DNA from: the human T2T-CHM13v2.0 reference genome, Homo sapiens
Direction: 5' to 3' (one strand)
Assembly (NCBI RefSeq): GCF_009914755.1
Contig: NC_060928.1
Length of the DNA stretch: 64,000 nt
Positions 39,421-55,102 of the stretch are shown in pieces. Positions within the stretch are counted from its first letter, which is position 1. The number at the start of each line of letters is the position of its first letter. The position numbers and the translations under genes are program-made. The notes beneath the pieces were generated by a model that searched no databases, had not been told where the DNA came from, and worked only from the letters and a program-made list of their open reading frames with translations.

Positions 39421-40401
39421 TAATAATCTTTTGTATGCAGCAATTCATACACATTTATTATATTATCATTGAACATTCTAGTCACATAATCTTTAAACAT
39501 GAGGAAATATTCTGACAATGGAATTGAAAAGTTCATGAATCATTTTCATAACAGTCTATATATATTTACACAAGGAATAGCCAGGATATTCAAATAATTT
39601 CAGCTTTGGCTAAAGTTGCTAGCACCATCAAAGTAGAATTTCTTGATCCATTTTTGGAAGGGATAGGGCAGAGTGGGGAGCAAAGGCTTGGGCAGGCTGG
39701 GCTGGGACCTGACAGGTGTTCATGCCTGGTTGGTGTTTTGAGTACAGCATTGGATCTGTTGGGATAATTGCTAACAGAGAACTGATAAAAATAAAACAAT
39801 ACAAATAAAAATAAGAATAAAATAAACTTTATTGAGTACTTACTAAACTCAGAGATTGTTTTAAATGCATTATATATTTTTTCTTTTTAAAACTCACAGT
39901 AATCCTATAATAGTTACTATTAGTTTTAATATCCCAATTTTCTTTGTTTTTAATCAGACTTATACAAATACTTACATTGCCATGAAATTAAGATACTCAA
40001 TCAGAGTTTCCAAATTCTGGAGGAATCAGTCAGGAAGAAAAATACATTATTTGTAAATGTACATTTTGGTTTATTAAGATATAATCCACTAAATTGTTGT
40101 GAGTGATAGATTGCTTCAGAGAAAGGTGCTCTTCATTTATCTGGAAAAATAGAACGTTAAAACATCAATAGTGTTCCAAACAAAACCCTGCAACTATCCC
40201 TCATCAATTCATTCAGTTCTATATAATTAATTCTTGTTCTGCTCAGACCTGAGTTAGACTCTTGGGTCTCATGAATCCATCTGTTTCTTGACTAGAATTG
40301 GGGAAATCCTGATTCAGTCCAGTGAAATTTCCATGTTAAAAAAAATTGAGGAAATTAATTACTTAAACAGAAACCCAACTATTCATTGCCAATAGATCTA
40401 G

Positions 40402-40761
<360 letters not shown>

Positions 40762-41184
40762 TTTCCCAAGGTTTTGATAAAGACTTCCTTCTTATCTTTA
40801 TAGGGAGAAACATACAAAGACTTGGCAAGCTCAGAGGCCATGTAGGTAAGTGACCAGATCTAAAGGTAGACCCAAAGGCAGCAGCTCAGACAGTTTTCTT
40901 GCATTAATAATTACATAGAGCCAAGCAAGGAGCTAATTTTAAAAATCAAAATTAGCTTAATCATAAAGGAACAGAACTCACACCCAGAGGGAAAGTTACC
41001 TTTACTGGTGTGACTTTCTGCTATTACTTAGAGGCCTTTGCACTTTGTCACTGAGGTGGGTACCTTATGAACTGGCCAATATCTAACCTAGTAGAATGAA
41101 GTTTAGATGTATTCTGTGGGAGGGGAGGCTTAGGTCCTAGTCTTAGATCTACTAGTGAGTCAAGTAGTTTCAGTATGTCATGGG

Positions 41185-41469
41185 AATATTGGGTAATCTA
41201 TTAACAATATAAGATATATATATATAATATATATAAAGTATATATATTTTATATACATTAGTATATATAATATATATAAAGTATATATTTTATATACATT
41301 AGTATATATAATATATATAAAGTATATATATTTTATATACATTAGTATATATAATAATATATATAAACAATATAAGCTATATAATTTATTAACAATGTAA
41401 GCAATATATATAGCTTACATTGTTAGCTATATATAGAGAGCTTACCTTGTTAATAGATTACCCAATATT
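41185..41469. repeat. AT-rich palindromic structure: perfect 23-bp inverted arms enclosing three ~41-43-bp TA-rich tandem units and a nested hairpin
   Basis: AATATTGGGTAATCTATTAACAA (41185-41207) and TTGTTAATAGATTACCCAATATT (41447-41469). Confidence 0.88.
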
Positions 41470-41555
41470 TGTTTTATATATATATATTATATATGTGTGT
41501 ATATATATGTGTATATATATATTTATTTTTTATTTTTTATTTTTTTTCGTATATA

Positions 41556-41846
<291 letters not shown>

Positions 41847-44254
41847 AAAGTATATATTTCATTCCTCTTACATTTTATATTCAAAATCAGAAGCTTGCAC
41901 TTGAGCTGCACATACTATTTATACTTTTTTTATTTTACATTTAGAAGTTGTCTACCAATGTTTGGGAGCTAGAAAGCTATGAATAATAAAACATGGTAGA
42001 TCTTTTACATGCACTCAGTATTTTTTCAATATACAGTCTCAGGGTTTTGTAGTTGTTTTTTTCCCCCGTCTTGGAACTATACCAGTATACTGAAGGTTAG
42101 AAGTCATACTGAAGAATTTGCTCCTTTAAGATTTTAGCAAATATAATATTCTAAAGCTGTCACTTGGGCAATCAAAGCTTCTGTCTTTGAAGTAGAGATT
42201 TTCAGAGAGAAATAAAAAATAAGATCCGGAGTTTGCCTCATGCCATTTTTAAAAGTTCTTTCTGGTAAGTACTTCACACACTTTGCAGAAATTGGATTCA
42301 GATCCTTTGGCTATAAGAAGGAAGCATAATTATCAACTGGCCACGGGACCATTATAAGAATGATGACTTGTGTGTTTAAGCTGACTTTCTGAATTTTAAT
42401 TTTTGGCATCATACTTACAAATGTTTTGTTAGAGATCAATAAACAAATGTAAATTGATCTTTCTTCTGAGACTGGGATTTTTTGCTACACTCTATTTGAT
42501 TTAGTAACTCTAAGTTTCTTTTCTGGATTGTATGACTAGTTTTTATGGTGGGAGTGCGGATGTGGAGTGGAGAGTGATGAGGAAAATTGACTCTGTAGTT
42601 CCGGTGGCTCAATAAACTTTGATATTCCACCAGATTTAGTCCATTTTGCCAGAACCCCAGTGGAGAAGAACAGGCTTCTGGTGACTGAGCTAATCTGAAA
42701 CCTAGAAGCCTAAACAGTATAATTTAAAATATATTCTGATTAAATAAAATAAAAGTAAAAGGTCAGAATTTCAAACATAGAAGGATTTGACATTAATCTA
42801 CTGGTAAATTGGTACTGTACTTGAAATGAGGCTTGAATGGTGCTTTTTTTTTCCCCCTGAAATCAAATCATAGACATATAAAACAGGATTTTTCATTTCT
42901 AAAAACTATGCAAAGCATTACATTTTCTTAATATTATAACTTTACACACAAAAGCATTTTCTCAAAATAAAATACTAGATCAATAACAAGTGGTAGTTAT
43001 ACACCTTCATTTAATACCTTTCTCTCTTTCTGTCTCAGACAGAAAGAAATGAAAACATTTAAGACTTTTATTCTGTAGGAGGAAAACATCTTTCCCAAAG
43101 TGATTTTACAAAGATTTTCTTTCAAGCTACTCCATAAATATTTGGAAACCTCCCCTAAATCAAGTAATCTTTTATTTGACATATCAGAAAAAAGGCAGCC
43201 AAAGATGTAGTAGACAGATAGCAGAATGGAAGGGAAAAGAATGGCCCTATTGCTTTAGGAGAAGCCAAGTGTATTAAATAAGAGCTAAACCAGCTTTGGT
43301 TATGTCTGGATGCAATTCTAGTACTTAATCATTGCTTTTTTTTTGTTTGTTTCCAGTGAGACAAGTAGACATTTTTTACGAAGCTGGTTTGTTTCCAGTT
43401 TGGATGGAAAGTGCAGCATAAGTATCATGCAAATATCTTGTACGGACTAATCGCCAAGAAAATCACTGACTCGCAGGATACGGTGGAGTGAGGCTGTAGG
43501 GAAAGAGAGTAGGGAGGCAAGCTGTAAGGTTTAAAATATGGCATCCATTCGGGTTGTTTGTAGCAAGCTTCTGGCCTAAAAGCTCTTCTTGTGCTAGGAC
43601 ATGTTCTGATTACTTTGCCAAGTGTTGGTGTCAGGGTTCATAGTCATATAAATACACAGTCCAAGCTTTAAGACAGAATTCATAAACACTCTCTACACAG
43701 TACTGGCATGGGGGGAAGTAAGTGCGGTTAGTTTGGGGATAATTTTTGTCACTCTACTACTCTTTCCTCATCTTTACCTGTCCTTATCATCTGTTCCCCA
43801 CTCAGACCTGCTTCCTCTATAGGTCGTCACACACTAGAAAACTCTTTCTTTCAGGACTTTCCTTGACCTAATAATACATATATTCCATTTCCTTAAGGTT
43901 CTTATCTCTGTTGAAGCTAATCTGATAAACTAATATCTGCTGAGTTGTTTAATAACAAATAACTTCTACCTTGCCCATCTAAGAATATAATTTTAAATAT
44001 TAACATCTTGCTAAGCTTTATCTCAAAAGAATGACTAAGATTGAGTATTTTATATAATAGAGCAGCTGATTAGTACAGAGAAAATATTAGACTAAGCAAC
44101 CCTGAAATGAGTTGCTTTTTGGGCATATTTTTTAACCAGGGCTTTCAAAGTTGGCATCAAACACTTATAAAAAGCAGTTGAATGAGCTACTAAATATATG
44201 CAACATTGAAAGAGTGCTTGGTCCTAATTAACTCATAGTTTTTTCCACTTCGTA

Positions 44255-45830
44255 TTTTTTTCTTAACTTTAAAATATTTAATTGGCAAACAAAAATTGTA
44301 TATATTCAAAGTACATAGTGTGATGATTTGATACACCTACACATTTTGTAATGATTACTGCAATCAAATTAATAAACACATCCATCATCACCCATAGCTA
44401 CCTTTTGTGTGTGTGTGTGAATGTGTGGTGAGGTTCACTTAAAATATGCTCTCTTATCAAATCTCAAATATACAATAAAGTACAGTAATTAACTATAGTC
44501 ACCATGCTGTATGTTAGATCCCCAGAACTTGTTCATCTTATAACTGAAAGTTTGTCGTTTTGACTAACATGTCCACATTTTCCCCACACTCCAGCCTCCG
44601 GCAACCACCATTCTACTCTCTGCTTCTGTGAATTCAACTTTTGAAGATTCCACATACAAGTGAGATCATTCAGTATTTGCAGTATTTGTCTTTCTGTTCC
44701 TAGCTAATTCCACTAAGCATAATGTCCTTCAAGTTCATCCATATTGTTGCAAAAGGCAGGATTTCCTTTTTTAATGACTGAATAATACTCCATTGTATGT
44801 GTGTGTACATTTTCTTTACCTTTCAATGAACACTTACATTGTTTATGTAGCTCGTCTATTGTGAATAACATTGCAATGAACACAGGAGTATAGATATCTC
44901 TTCCAAATACTGATTTTATTTCCTTTGTTTACATACCCAGAAGAGAGATTGCTGGTACATGTGGTAGTTCTATTTTTAATTTTTTGAGGAACGTCCATAC
45001 TGTTTTCAAAATGGTTGTATCAATTTACAGTCCCATTAACAGTATACAAGGGTTCCCTTTTCTCCACGTTCTTGCCAACACTTGTTATCTCTTGTTTTTT
45101 CTATGACAATCATGCTAACAGATGTGAGGTGATATTTCACTATGGTTTTGATTTACATCTCCTTAGTGATTGGTGATGTTGAGCACCTTTTCATATACCT
45201 GTTGGCTATTTGTATGTCTTCTTTGGAAAAATATCTATTTGGATCCTTTGCCCATTTTTTAATCAGGTTATTTGATTTTCGCTTTTGAGTTATGTGAGTT
45301 CCTTACATATTTTGGTTATTAACCTCTTACCAGATCTGTGATTTGTAAATATTTCCCCCATTCTGTAGGTTGCCTTTGCATTTTGTTGATTGTTTCCTTT
45401 GCTGCGCAGAAGCTTTTTTGTTTGATGTAGTCTCAATTGTTTATTTTTGCTTTTGCTGCCTGTGCTATGGATGTCATATCTAAAATACCATTTCCAAGAC
45501 TAACATCAAGGAGCTTTTCCCTACGTTTTCTTCTAGTTTTGTGGCTTCAACTCTTCCATTTAAGGCTTTAGTTAATTTTTGTATATGGTGTAAGACAAGG
45601 GTCCAATTTCATTCTTGAACTCCTGACCTCATGAACCGCCTGCCTCAGTCTCCCAAAGTGCTGGGATTACAAGCATGAGCCACCGCACCCGTCCCAATTT
45701 CATTCTTTTATGTGTGGATATCCAATTTTCCCAACACCACTAACTGAATGGGCTATACTTTTCCCATTGTGTATTATGGCACCTTTGTCAAATATTAGTT
45801 GATTATGTATGTGTGAATTTCCATCTGATC
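44255..45830 (-). mobile_element. L1MA-type 3' end (3'UTR and end of ORF2)
   Basis: AAAAATTGTATATATTCAAAGTACATAGTGTGATGATTTGA...AACTATAGTCACCATGCTGTA...GATTCCACATACAAGTGAGATCAT...GTGATGTTGAGCACCTTTTCATATACCTGTTGG. Confidence 0.9.
45614..45693 (-). mobile_element. Tailless Alu 5' head inside L1MA
   Basis: First ~80 nt of an AluS. CAATTTCATTCTT is duplicated at 45604-45616 and 45695-45707. Confidence 0.88.
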
Positions 45831-45928
45831 TTCTTATAGCTATGAAATGCTATAGTGAATGAAAATATATGACAGTAATTAGTTTAACCTTCACTATTTT
45901 CTAGTGTTCATTCCCTGGATGAATACTA

Positions 45929-45978
45929 CATTACTTTTAAATGACAAAAACTGTAATTTCTTTTGCACCAACCTGATA
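45929..45978. mobile_element. MADE1 (Hsmar1 MITE) half
   Basis: CATTACTTTTAAATGACAAAAACTGTAATTTCTTTTGCACCAACCTGATA matches the MADE1 centre plus TIR. Confidence 0.78.
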
Positions 45979-45989
45979 GATACTTAACA

Positions 45990-46520
45990 TATTAGTAGCA
46001 ATACTTTTGGTTACAAGTAACAAATCCCCAACTTAAATTAGCATAAACCATAAACTAGAGTTTTTGGCTCACATATCTGAAAAGTCCAGGTATGTTTTGA
46101 TCAAGGCAGTCTCTCAGTTTCCTGTGATTCTCTTGGCTGTTCCCTCCTCTCTATTCTGGTTTCCATCATATTCACAAAATGGTTGCCAATAGTAGGGCAA
46201 CCAGGGCAACAGGTTACTTGGTTCACATCCAAGAAGAGAGAGAGTGTCACATTCTATAATCGTTGAACAAAAGTCTTGAGATTTACTCTGATTGGGCCAA
46301 TCACTGTGGCCAGGAAGAAGACAAATGCTGATTGATCTGGGTTTGGGAAAAAGCCCTTATGGAACCAGTATCTGTTTTAAGTGAGGTAAGATAATATAGC
46401 TTGAAGCTGAGATAGAGTCAATTCTTCCAAAGTTCATGGCTACAGTACAATGGGGAAGGGATATTTCTAAAGGAAAATCTGAGTGCATTTTGTAAAGGTG
46501 AAATACATTCTGAGTATGTA
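45990..46520 (-). mobile_element. Old MLT1 (J/K-like) LTR
   Basis: ACTTTTGGTTACAAGTAACAAA...TTGGCTCACATATCTGAAAAGTCCAG...CCAATCACTGTGGCCAGG. Confidence 0.5.
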
Positions 46521-48677
46521 GTAAAATATTATTCATCAAGTTTCTCTACATGGAGTCTATTTTTTAACCTCTGAAAAATGTAAAGGAAAACAGAGGTTCA
46601 GAGTTCATTGTTTGCCAAATTGATAAACTGTGTGTGACTCATATCTGGTTTGGCAAAGAAAGTTCCTTTCTCCTCTGTAGTAATCAAATCTTCATTCATT
46701 TCATAGAACTGGACATACATACTTAGCCATGTGAAAGATTCAAAGTACTGTGTAATTAAATGGCACTTCTCACTACGAGTCCTAGGGAGAAGTTCTGATA
46801 TGCCTCACATAATTAATTTAAAAGAAGAAAGACCAAGATGATACTCAGTCATATTGATTTATTTTACCCAATTTTTTCTAAGGTTTACAATGCCCATCCT
46901 GAGACTGAAGGCAGGGCATGGATACATTTAAAAAAACCAGAATTTTGAGGAAATAACAAATTATGTTTAAGGAGTTATTATCTACAAATCAATTTATCCT
47001 TATCTTCCCTTGTAGATTCTATTATTATCATATCATTTATCAATAGCTATTATTACCTCTCCTGCCACTGACAACACAGCTCAAGACATCCCTTTACTTA
47101 ATATCCATTGGATGTGAATAAATGAATTCTGTTATCTGACTGTTTAGCTAACTTTTTTCACCACCTAATTTTAATTTGATGTCCTTATGATACTGACTTC
47201 TTCATTACAGTGGTTTTCTTTTAAATCCATGAAGAAAAAAGCTAGGAGAAAAATCTGTCTTTAATTTGCTTACTTTTAGGTGATTATGTTTAACTAAGGA
47301 CAACTCAAGTTGCAGAAAGCATCAGATAACTATTTTCTTGCCTGGTGGTGACAGCCTACAGCTGTCATGCTCCAATGCCCAACTTTATTGCTACCAGAGG
47401 TTCTTTATCCAAATATAACCTGTTTACCTTTCTCTGGTGTCTAAAATTCTTATCTGTACGTTTATCTCTTATTTGCTTTAGCCTTGTCCCAACAAGTTGC
47501 TTTTTAGGGTCCTTAATACAGCTTACAGTTAGAAACATTTCCAGGTACTTAAATGCAAATTAAATGATTGTTTCAAGCTTAGAAAGTGAAATGGCTGGAT
47601 TTTGCTCTTCTGGCCCTGGCTGTGGGTCTCTCTTCACCTACATGCTACAAAGTTCAACTTTTGAAAAGGGAGAATTGGTGTGGAACTTTACGTGCTGTCC
47701 CAGAAGGGCAGACGTGGGTGAGTCATTGCTGTGACAACATGTGGATAGAAGAGCAGCCCTTGAAGAGAAGGGTTAGAAAGGTTAGGAGTTGGGTAGAGTC
47801 CAGTGACTATGAAATTTTCCTTTTTTCCAGCTGAGAATCAGAATATTGTTTCTTCATCAACTTAAATTGAAGCAAAATAAATCTAACCCCATGAGTTTTA
47901 ATTGCTATGTACTGAAAATCTAAGGGATTGTCTGGCTGACACCTTTCCCTTTATTCTCATACCTGAGAATCAGAGGACGTTTCCTATAATCTCTTCCTCC
48001 TGGCACTGTTGATTGGTCCAGAGACAGGCACAATCCCTGAAATGTATCAAGAGGAGTCCTTAGAACAGTTTTAGAAATGGAAACTCAGAAATGGAAGTTT
48101 CTATCTTTTAATATGCCAGGAATGTACCTATAAAGATAGGAGTGCTGGGAGCAATTAGGATCATGTTTTCTACCCTGAGAATGAGAGAAGGTAGGAGTCT
48201 TCACTAGTCTGATATTTAAGTCAAACTAGTCATAAAATATATTCAAGGTCCAGTAAATGTCATTTAAATCTAATAAGAAACATAAAAAAGAAATATGAAA
48301 TGTAATTAGGTGGTGAAAAAAGTTAGCTAAACCCTCAGATAGCAGAATTCATTTATTGAAATACAATGAAAATATTAAGTAAAGGGGTGTCTTGAGCTCT
48401 GTTGTCAGTAGCAGGAGAGGTATCAATCTGCATGACCCTTCTTTCAGGTCTCTCATCCTTGCCCCAAATCACACAAGTCAATAAGCACTTTTAACATACT
48501 GAGATTGTAATACTATTTCCTTCTTCAGTTAAAAAAATTGACTTTTTGGGGAGGTTTAGAATTAAATATAGAAATAGTTAAGTACATAAAATCTATAGTA
48601 TTAAGGCTCTGGTATTAAAATAAGAGCAATATGTTCATATTTGGTTATATACTATTTATAATGTTTAATATCTATCT

Positions 48678-49230
48678 ATATTAGTTGTCTATTGTTATAA
48701 AACAAATTATCCCAAAATGTATTGACTTAAAGTAACAAAACTTTATTATTTCATAGTTTCTGTGGGTTAGGAATAAAGGAAAAGATTTGTTGGATGCCTC
48801 TGCCTTAATGTCTCTTCAAGGCTGCAGTCAAGGTGTTGGCTGGGGCTGCTGTTTCATCTGAAGACTCAACTGGGAAAGGATCTGTTGTCAAGCTCATTTG
48901 TATGGTTGTAAGTAGAATTCAGTTTCTCATGAGTGGTTGGACTGAATGCTTCAGTTTCTCACTAGTTGTTTGCTGAAGGCCTCATTTGGTCCTTTGCCAC
49001 AAGGGCCCTCTTAGGGCAACTTACTTTATTAGATCCAGCAATCAAGAGAGGATGAATGGTCACCATAGACAGAAGCTAGGTTTTTTGTTGTTGTTGTTTT
49101 TGTTTTTTGTAACCTTATCTTGGAAGTGACATTGTTTCTCATGCATCCTATTCTCTGGGAGGGAGGGGGGTTACATAGGAGTGTGGATACCAGGAGACAA
49201 GGATCACGGGTGGATATATTGGAGGCCACA
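48678..49230 (-). mobile_element. MLT1F-like MaLR LTR
   Basis: AACAAATTATCCCAAAA...GCTGCAGTCAAGGTGTTGGCTGGGGCTGC...CATCTGAAGACTCAACTGGG...TCTTGGAAGTGACA...ATACCAGGAG. Confidence 0.7.
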
Positions 49231-50580
49231 TAACATATTGGCTTATTAGAGAACCTGACAGTTGAGACCTTTGAATCCCATTTAAAATTTTAACTTAAAA
49301 TTTGATTTGGACTTGTTATTTGTATTGAAAAACCTAAGAGAATTGTTACAAGATTATAGAGAGTATTGGGATGTTTGAGATAACTTTAGAATTACCATTG
49401 TTATGAATTTAATTTGTCTGGTTTATTAGAGTGATTCAAGTACCTTAGAAAGTTTTGCTTATCAATTTAGGCAAGTAAAAAGTAAATCAAATACATTAAC
49501 TTTATAAGCGCTGTCTAAAATGTTTAAGTCAATCAAATTAACTAAATTGTAAGAAGCCTGATTGCTTAGTGCATTCTGCTATCCAAGTTACTCAAACTTT
49601 AGTCCAAGACCAATTTGAGAGTAAATGTTAAATTTTACTGACTTTATAAATAGAATTATATGATGTATATAAAGTTAAGGGCTTAAGATAAACTAAATTT
49701 GAGAACTTTTTACTTTGACAAATTGAATATTAATTTAAGAAAATCCCAGTAGTCATGATTTGTTCTTACCATGTAAAAATATATCTATTACATATAAAAT
49801 AATTGGATTTTTATGTGTCTATATGTATGTATAAATGTCCTCAGAGAAAATAAAATCTTACATTGACAAAAGCTAGTCTTCAGAGAGGGGAAGAAAGAAG
49901 ATTCAAATAAACCAGAAGAAAGGAGGAGTGCTAACACTTCTGGAGAGCTTAGTTTCAGTTGTTCTTTCCTTTAGTGACATTCCTATTCTTGAGTCCTGTA
50001 AGACACTTTAGTCATTATGCTTAAATTGAAGATAATTTTTTTTACTTGAAACAAACAGCCCTAACTCATCTATATTTTTCCTTGAATCTTTGTTGCAGAA
50101 TTGTAAATTTGTGAAATAGCACAAAGCCAAGTTGAAGACAATATCTTCCCTAATAACAGTAGTGCAATGACAGCCAGCCAGAAAAGTTCTCCACCTTGGC
50201 AGCAATGAGACTAAGACTTTTATGCCTGAATTGCTATCTTTTTTTTCCAGGTCAGTAAATTTCTTCATATATTAAAGTGGATTTAATATCTGGTCCTTGA
50301 CTCGTGGATATGGAAAAGTAATAATAAATATTAATAATAAATAATAATAGTAAATATCAAAATGTGTTGAAAAGTGATTCTAGTGCAAGGTTGAAGCTAT
50401 TAGTTACATTTCAATGATCTTTCCAAGGGAGTTTAAACTCATTCATTTTGTAGTATTGGAATAATAATGGTAACTGTCTTATATGATTATTACAGGATTT
50501 GAAATGCCATGCCTGGCACAGTATCTGGAACAGAATATGCCTTCAATAAATATGAGTGATGCTGCTGATGTGTTAAAAAA

Positions 50581-50874
50581 TTATTTTTAGATGGGGTCTT
50601 GCTCTGTTGCCCAGGCTGGAGTGCAGTGGCATAATTGTGACTCACTGCAACCTAGAACTCCCGGGTTCAAGTGATCCTCTTGCCTCAGCCTCCTGAGTAG
50701 CTGAGACTATAGGCTCGTGCCACCAAACCAGGCTTTATTTTTTTTCTTAATTTTAGGAGAGACAAGGTCTTGCTCTGTTGCCCATGCTGGTCTAGAACTA
50801 CTGGGCTTAAACAATCTTTCTGCCTTGGCCTCCCAAAGTGCTGGGATTACAAGCGTGAGCCACCATGCTGGACC
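50581..50874 (-). mobile_element. AluJ SINE
   Basis: Full dimer. TSD CTGATGTGTT. Confidence 0.92.
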
Positions 50875-51329
50875 CTGATGTGTTTCAAAACTTTGTGCAT
50901 AGGATCTAAAAAACTATGAGTCATTCTAGAGCTCTTCCTCCTTTTTCATTGCTTAGTTCCAACCTGACACTAGGTTCTATTTCCCTAATTGTGCTCCTGC
51001 CTGTGTTTACCTCTTTAGTTCCATTGTTACTGCATTTATTAAGACCTCTATCATCTTTCATATGGAATGTTGCAAAATTCTTCCACTTAGTTCTCCAGAC
51101 TTTCAGGTTCACTCTTACCTGTTTTATTCTGAACCAACCCCAAACATAAATCTGTTCATCTAACTTCTTGATTAACATCCATGAAAAGTTCCCCATTGCT
51201 AAGACAAAGTGCCAGCCTCTTAGAATAGCACTCACGATGCTTCATGCTTGCTTCCAGCCCCAAGTTCTGTGCTGAACTCATAGAGAACTATTATCAGAGA
51301 ACTGATTATAGTTTTTTTTTAACTAATTA

Positions 51330-51949
<620 letters not shown>

Positions 51950-52191
51950 TTAAAGGTAGATCAGCTGATACTCTTGGAATTCATAATATTCCAAATTAAA
52001 ATAATAAATTCACTCAGTAAAGATCCTACTCAAGAAATCTAAGAAGATTATGTAACTTTCCCATCAATTTCTCTTATACTGGGGGAAAGGCCTATTTTAG
52101 ACTATAACAAAGCACTAAAATAAAGCAAGTTTGTGCCATTCTTTAAGTAGTGGGACAAGAAAGAACAGAAAAGTATTTCATTTGGTTTTTA

Positions 52192-52517
<326 letters not shown>

Positions 52518-54599
52518 TAGTTTTTTGCATGCCAATTAAAATACCATTGAAGTAAGATTTGTTATAGATAAGCTGAAATACAACGGACTTGATTGACTCT
52601 AAGTTAAAAGGGAGTTTAAAGAAGGACTCATTTTCCCCTTTTTAAACTTTTTGTTTCTGTATAAAGGACAAGAACAACAACAGGGAGGGATTCAGGGAAG
52701 TTTATGATTGAGAATTACTATGGGGTTGCCTCGAGCTTTTCCCTCTACTATAAAATACTTACAGAGTAAAGAGGGAGTACATGAAAAAAGATACAAGCGT
52801 TTGCCTTAAAGATCTCTATAAAAAAAAGTAATCATTTAAAAGAGTAAGTTTTAGTGGAAACTGCTATTTCTATCCATTCTGGCTTTCTGCTCATCAAGCT
52901 GTGTTTTTGTGTGTGTCTGTCTGTATATGTGAAGAACTCTCAAATTACTGTTATTTTCCTTCATTTTGTTTTGTTTTTCCTTCAAGTTTTGAATATTTTA
53001 CAGCAATAACAGAAAACAGAATTGTTCAGAGTCCAACATTCCTCATTAGTCATTCACCACAACTTGTAATGAGACGGATAAAGACAATGGGAAGCAGAGA
53101 TCAATCACTACTCTGTGTGTGAAATAATTTGTGATACAGATGCAACCCAGTAATGCTGGGGCCTGACTGGGATGTTTTAGAACACATACGGAAGTAATCG
53201 TCCAGAGATGAAATCCTGTGACAGAAAGGACAGTTTTGGATTACAACTGATAAACCCCCACCAATACATGGCTCAAATCAACCAACAAGTAATGAGTATT
53301 GCTATGGACCAGTGAGACCGGGAAAGGCCTGCTTGTCTGTCTTAGGTGCTAAAATTATAATATGAAAAGCTTATTCATTCTCTAATTGAATCTGAATCAA
53401 CAATGATTATAAATATCTGTATGCAGAAAATTAAATTCAGAAATCTATACCTTACATTTTTACACTAGGCTAAATACAAAAAAACATATTTATCTGCAAT
53501 TTATCCAAATCTCTTCGTAGTATCTTTACCCTAAAACTCCCACCACTCCCCACACATCTCCTGATCTTCACTTTCTTCCATTTGCAGGAATTCCACCCTA
53601 ACCATCCTCCTCACTCTCCTACCTGCTTCAATATGGGGAAGATTTACAGATGAGTATAAAATGGGAATAAAGTAGGCAAAGCCACGGTGGAATTTAGGAA
53701 AGCTTACAATTTGATAAGGAGTAGCCCAGATAAGGCCTGAATGGTGAATTGTGGTCTGATTGCAAAGGTTCTGGCTGGAGGGCTGGATTTCATACCTCTG
53801 GAATCAGGCATGTGTTAGATAGATTATACCAACAGTAGTATTTAGGGCTAATTGACTAGAACAGAAACTGGAGACTTGAGAGTAGTTATGAAAAAAATCA
53901 AAATACATTAATACACATGACATTATAAGAACTTGGCTTTTGGCAGTGAAAGTGGAAGTGGATCAGAAAAGAAGGAATGAAAAAAGAAAAAAGAGATCCT
54001 ATGCTAGAAACATGTAACTTTCCCCCTCAATCTCATAAATCTCAAATGCAGCATGTTCACCCCATAAAATGCTAGGTATCTGCTTGTGTTAGTCCCATAC
54101 ACTTATACTATTCTCTCACTGATGTTATCATGACAGTTCAGTGGTCATCAGCTAAGGACAATAAAATTTACTTAAGAAGACTAATGCTGCAAACATCATT
54201 CTTGTTAGAGAAACCTCCCTACCTCCACTCTGACCCACATGAACGGGAAGCATGGACCAGGACATTAATGAACTAACATTTTGCCACAACATCTAGATAA
54301 CATGAACGTTGGATTTATCCAACGTTAGGTGGCTACCGTGAATCAGAGGCTGCAGGGAGGCACCCAGGCGGCATTAGGTTGGGGCAACAGCAGAAATAGC
54401 AAACTAGGGCCATATGGTTCTGGAAGCATTCCTACCAAAATTCTTCAGATAGTAAATGGAATGGAGAAACCAAATGTTAGAAAAAATTAGAAAGAAATCA
54501 AAATAGGGAGAGAATACCATAATGATCCTTTATGATTAAGGAAATATTACTATGAGTTGTATTTACTTTGTGTAAACTGAACTGTGATGACATTATATA

Positions 54600-55085
54600 G
54601 CACTGTAGAATAGAAACAAAGTTTAAGGAGCTCTCAAGGTCATTCGGTCCAACTTCTCACTTTTACAGATATGTTGTATATAGAATCTCTAATATGTGAC
54701 TAGCTGGCATCGGCCTCAGTCATCTCAATCACAGCAATTTTTTCTGTCAATGAAAACTACAAAGGCATTTCATTTGGAGTATCTTAATTCTGAAGGTACC
54801 TTCAACTACATCCCTTTCACCTTTACTCATTCATAGTTCTGTTTACAGGAGGCAACTATCTATTCTATTTCCTTATGACAATTTCAAATATTTGTAGTTT
54901 TGTGTGTTTTTTTCCTGTTGTCGTTACGATAAAATCCAAACTCCAGACTGGCAAAAGCCTCTAAAATGTGATACTTAGACTCAAATACAGTATCCCAGAA
55001 ATCATCTAATCAATAAAAGAATGAACATATAAACTTCCATGTTTGGGAAATTTATATTTCTTTTAAGACAGCCTAGTGTGCCTTA
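54600..55085 (-). mobile_element. MIR3/L3 (CR1) remnants
   Basis: AAGGTCATTCGGTCCAACTTCTCACTTTTACAGAT and ATGACAATTTCAAATATTTG...AAATACAGTATCCCAG. Confidence 0.45.
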
Positions 55086-55102
55086 CCCACTTCATTAGAC
55101 AC

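Noticed and set aside
41219-41345. Regularly spaced repeats as a CRISPR-like array
   Set aside because: These are head-to-tail TA-rich units without unique spacers, in primate DNA with no cas genes.
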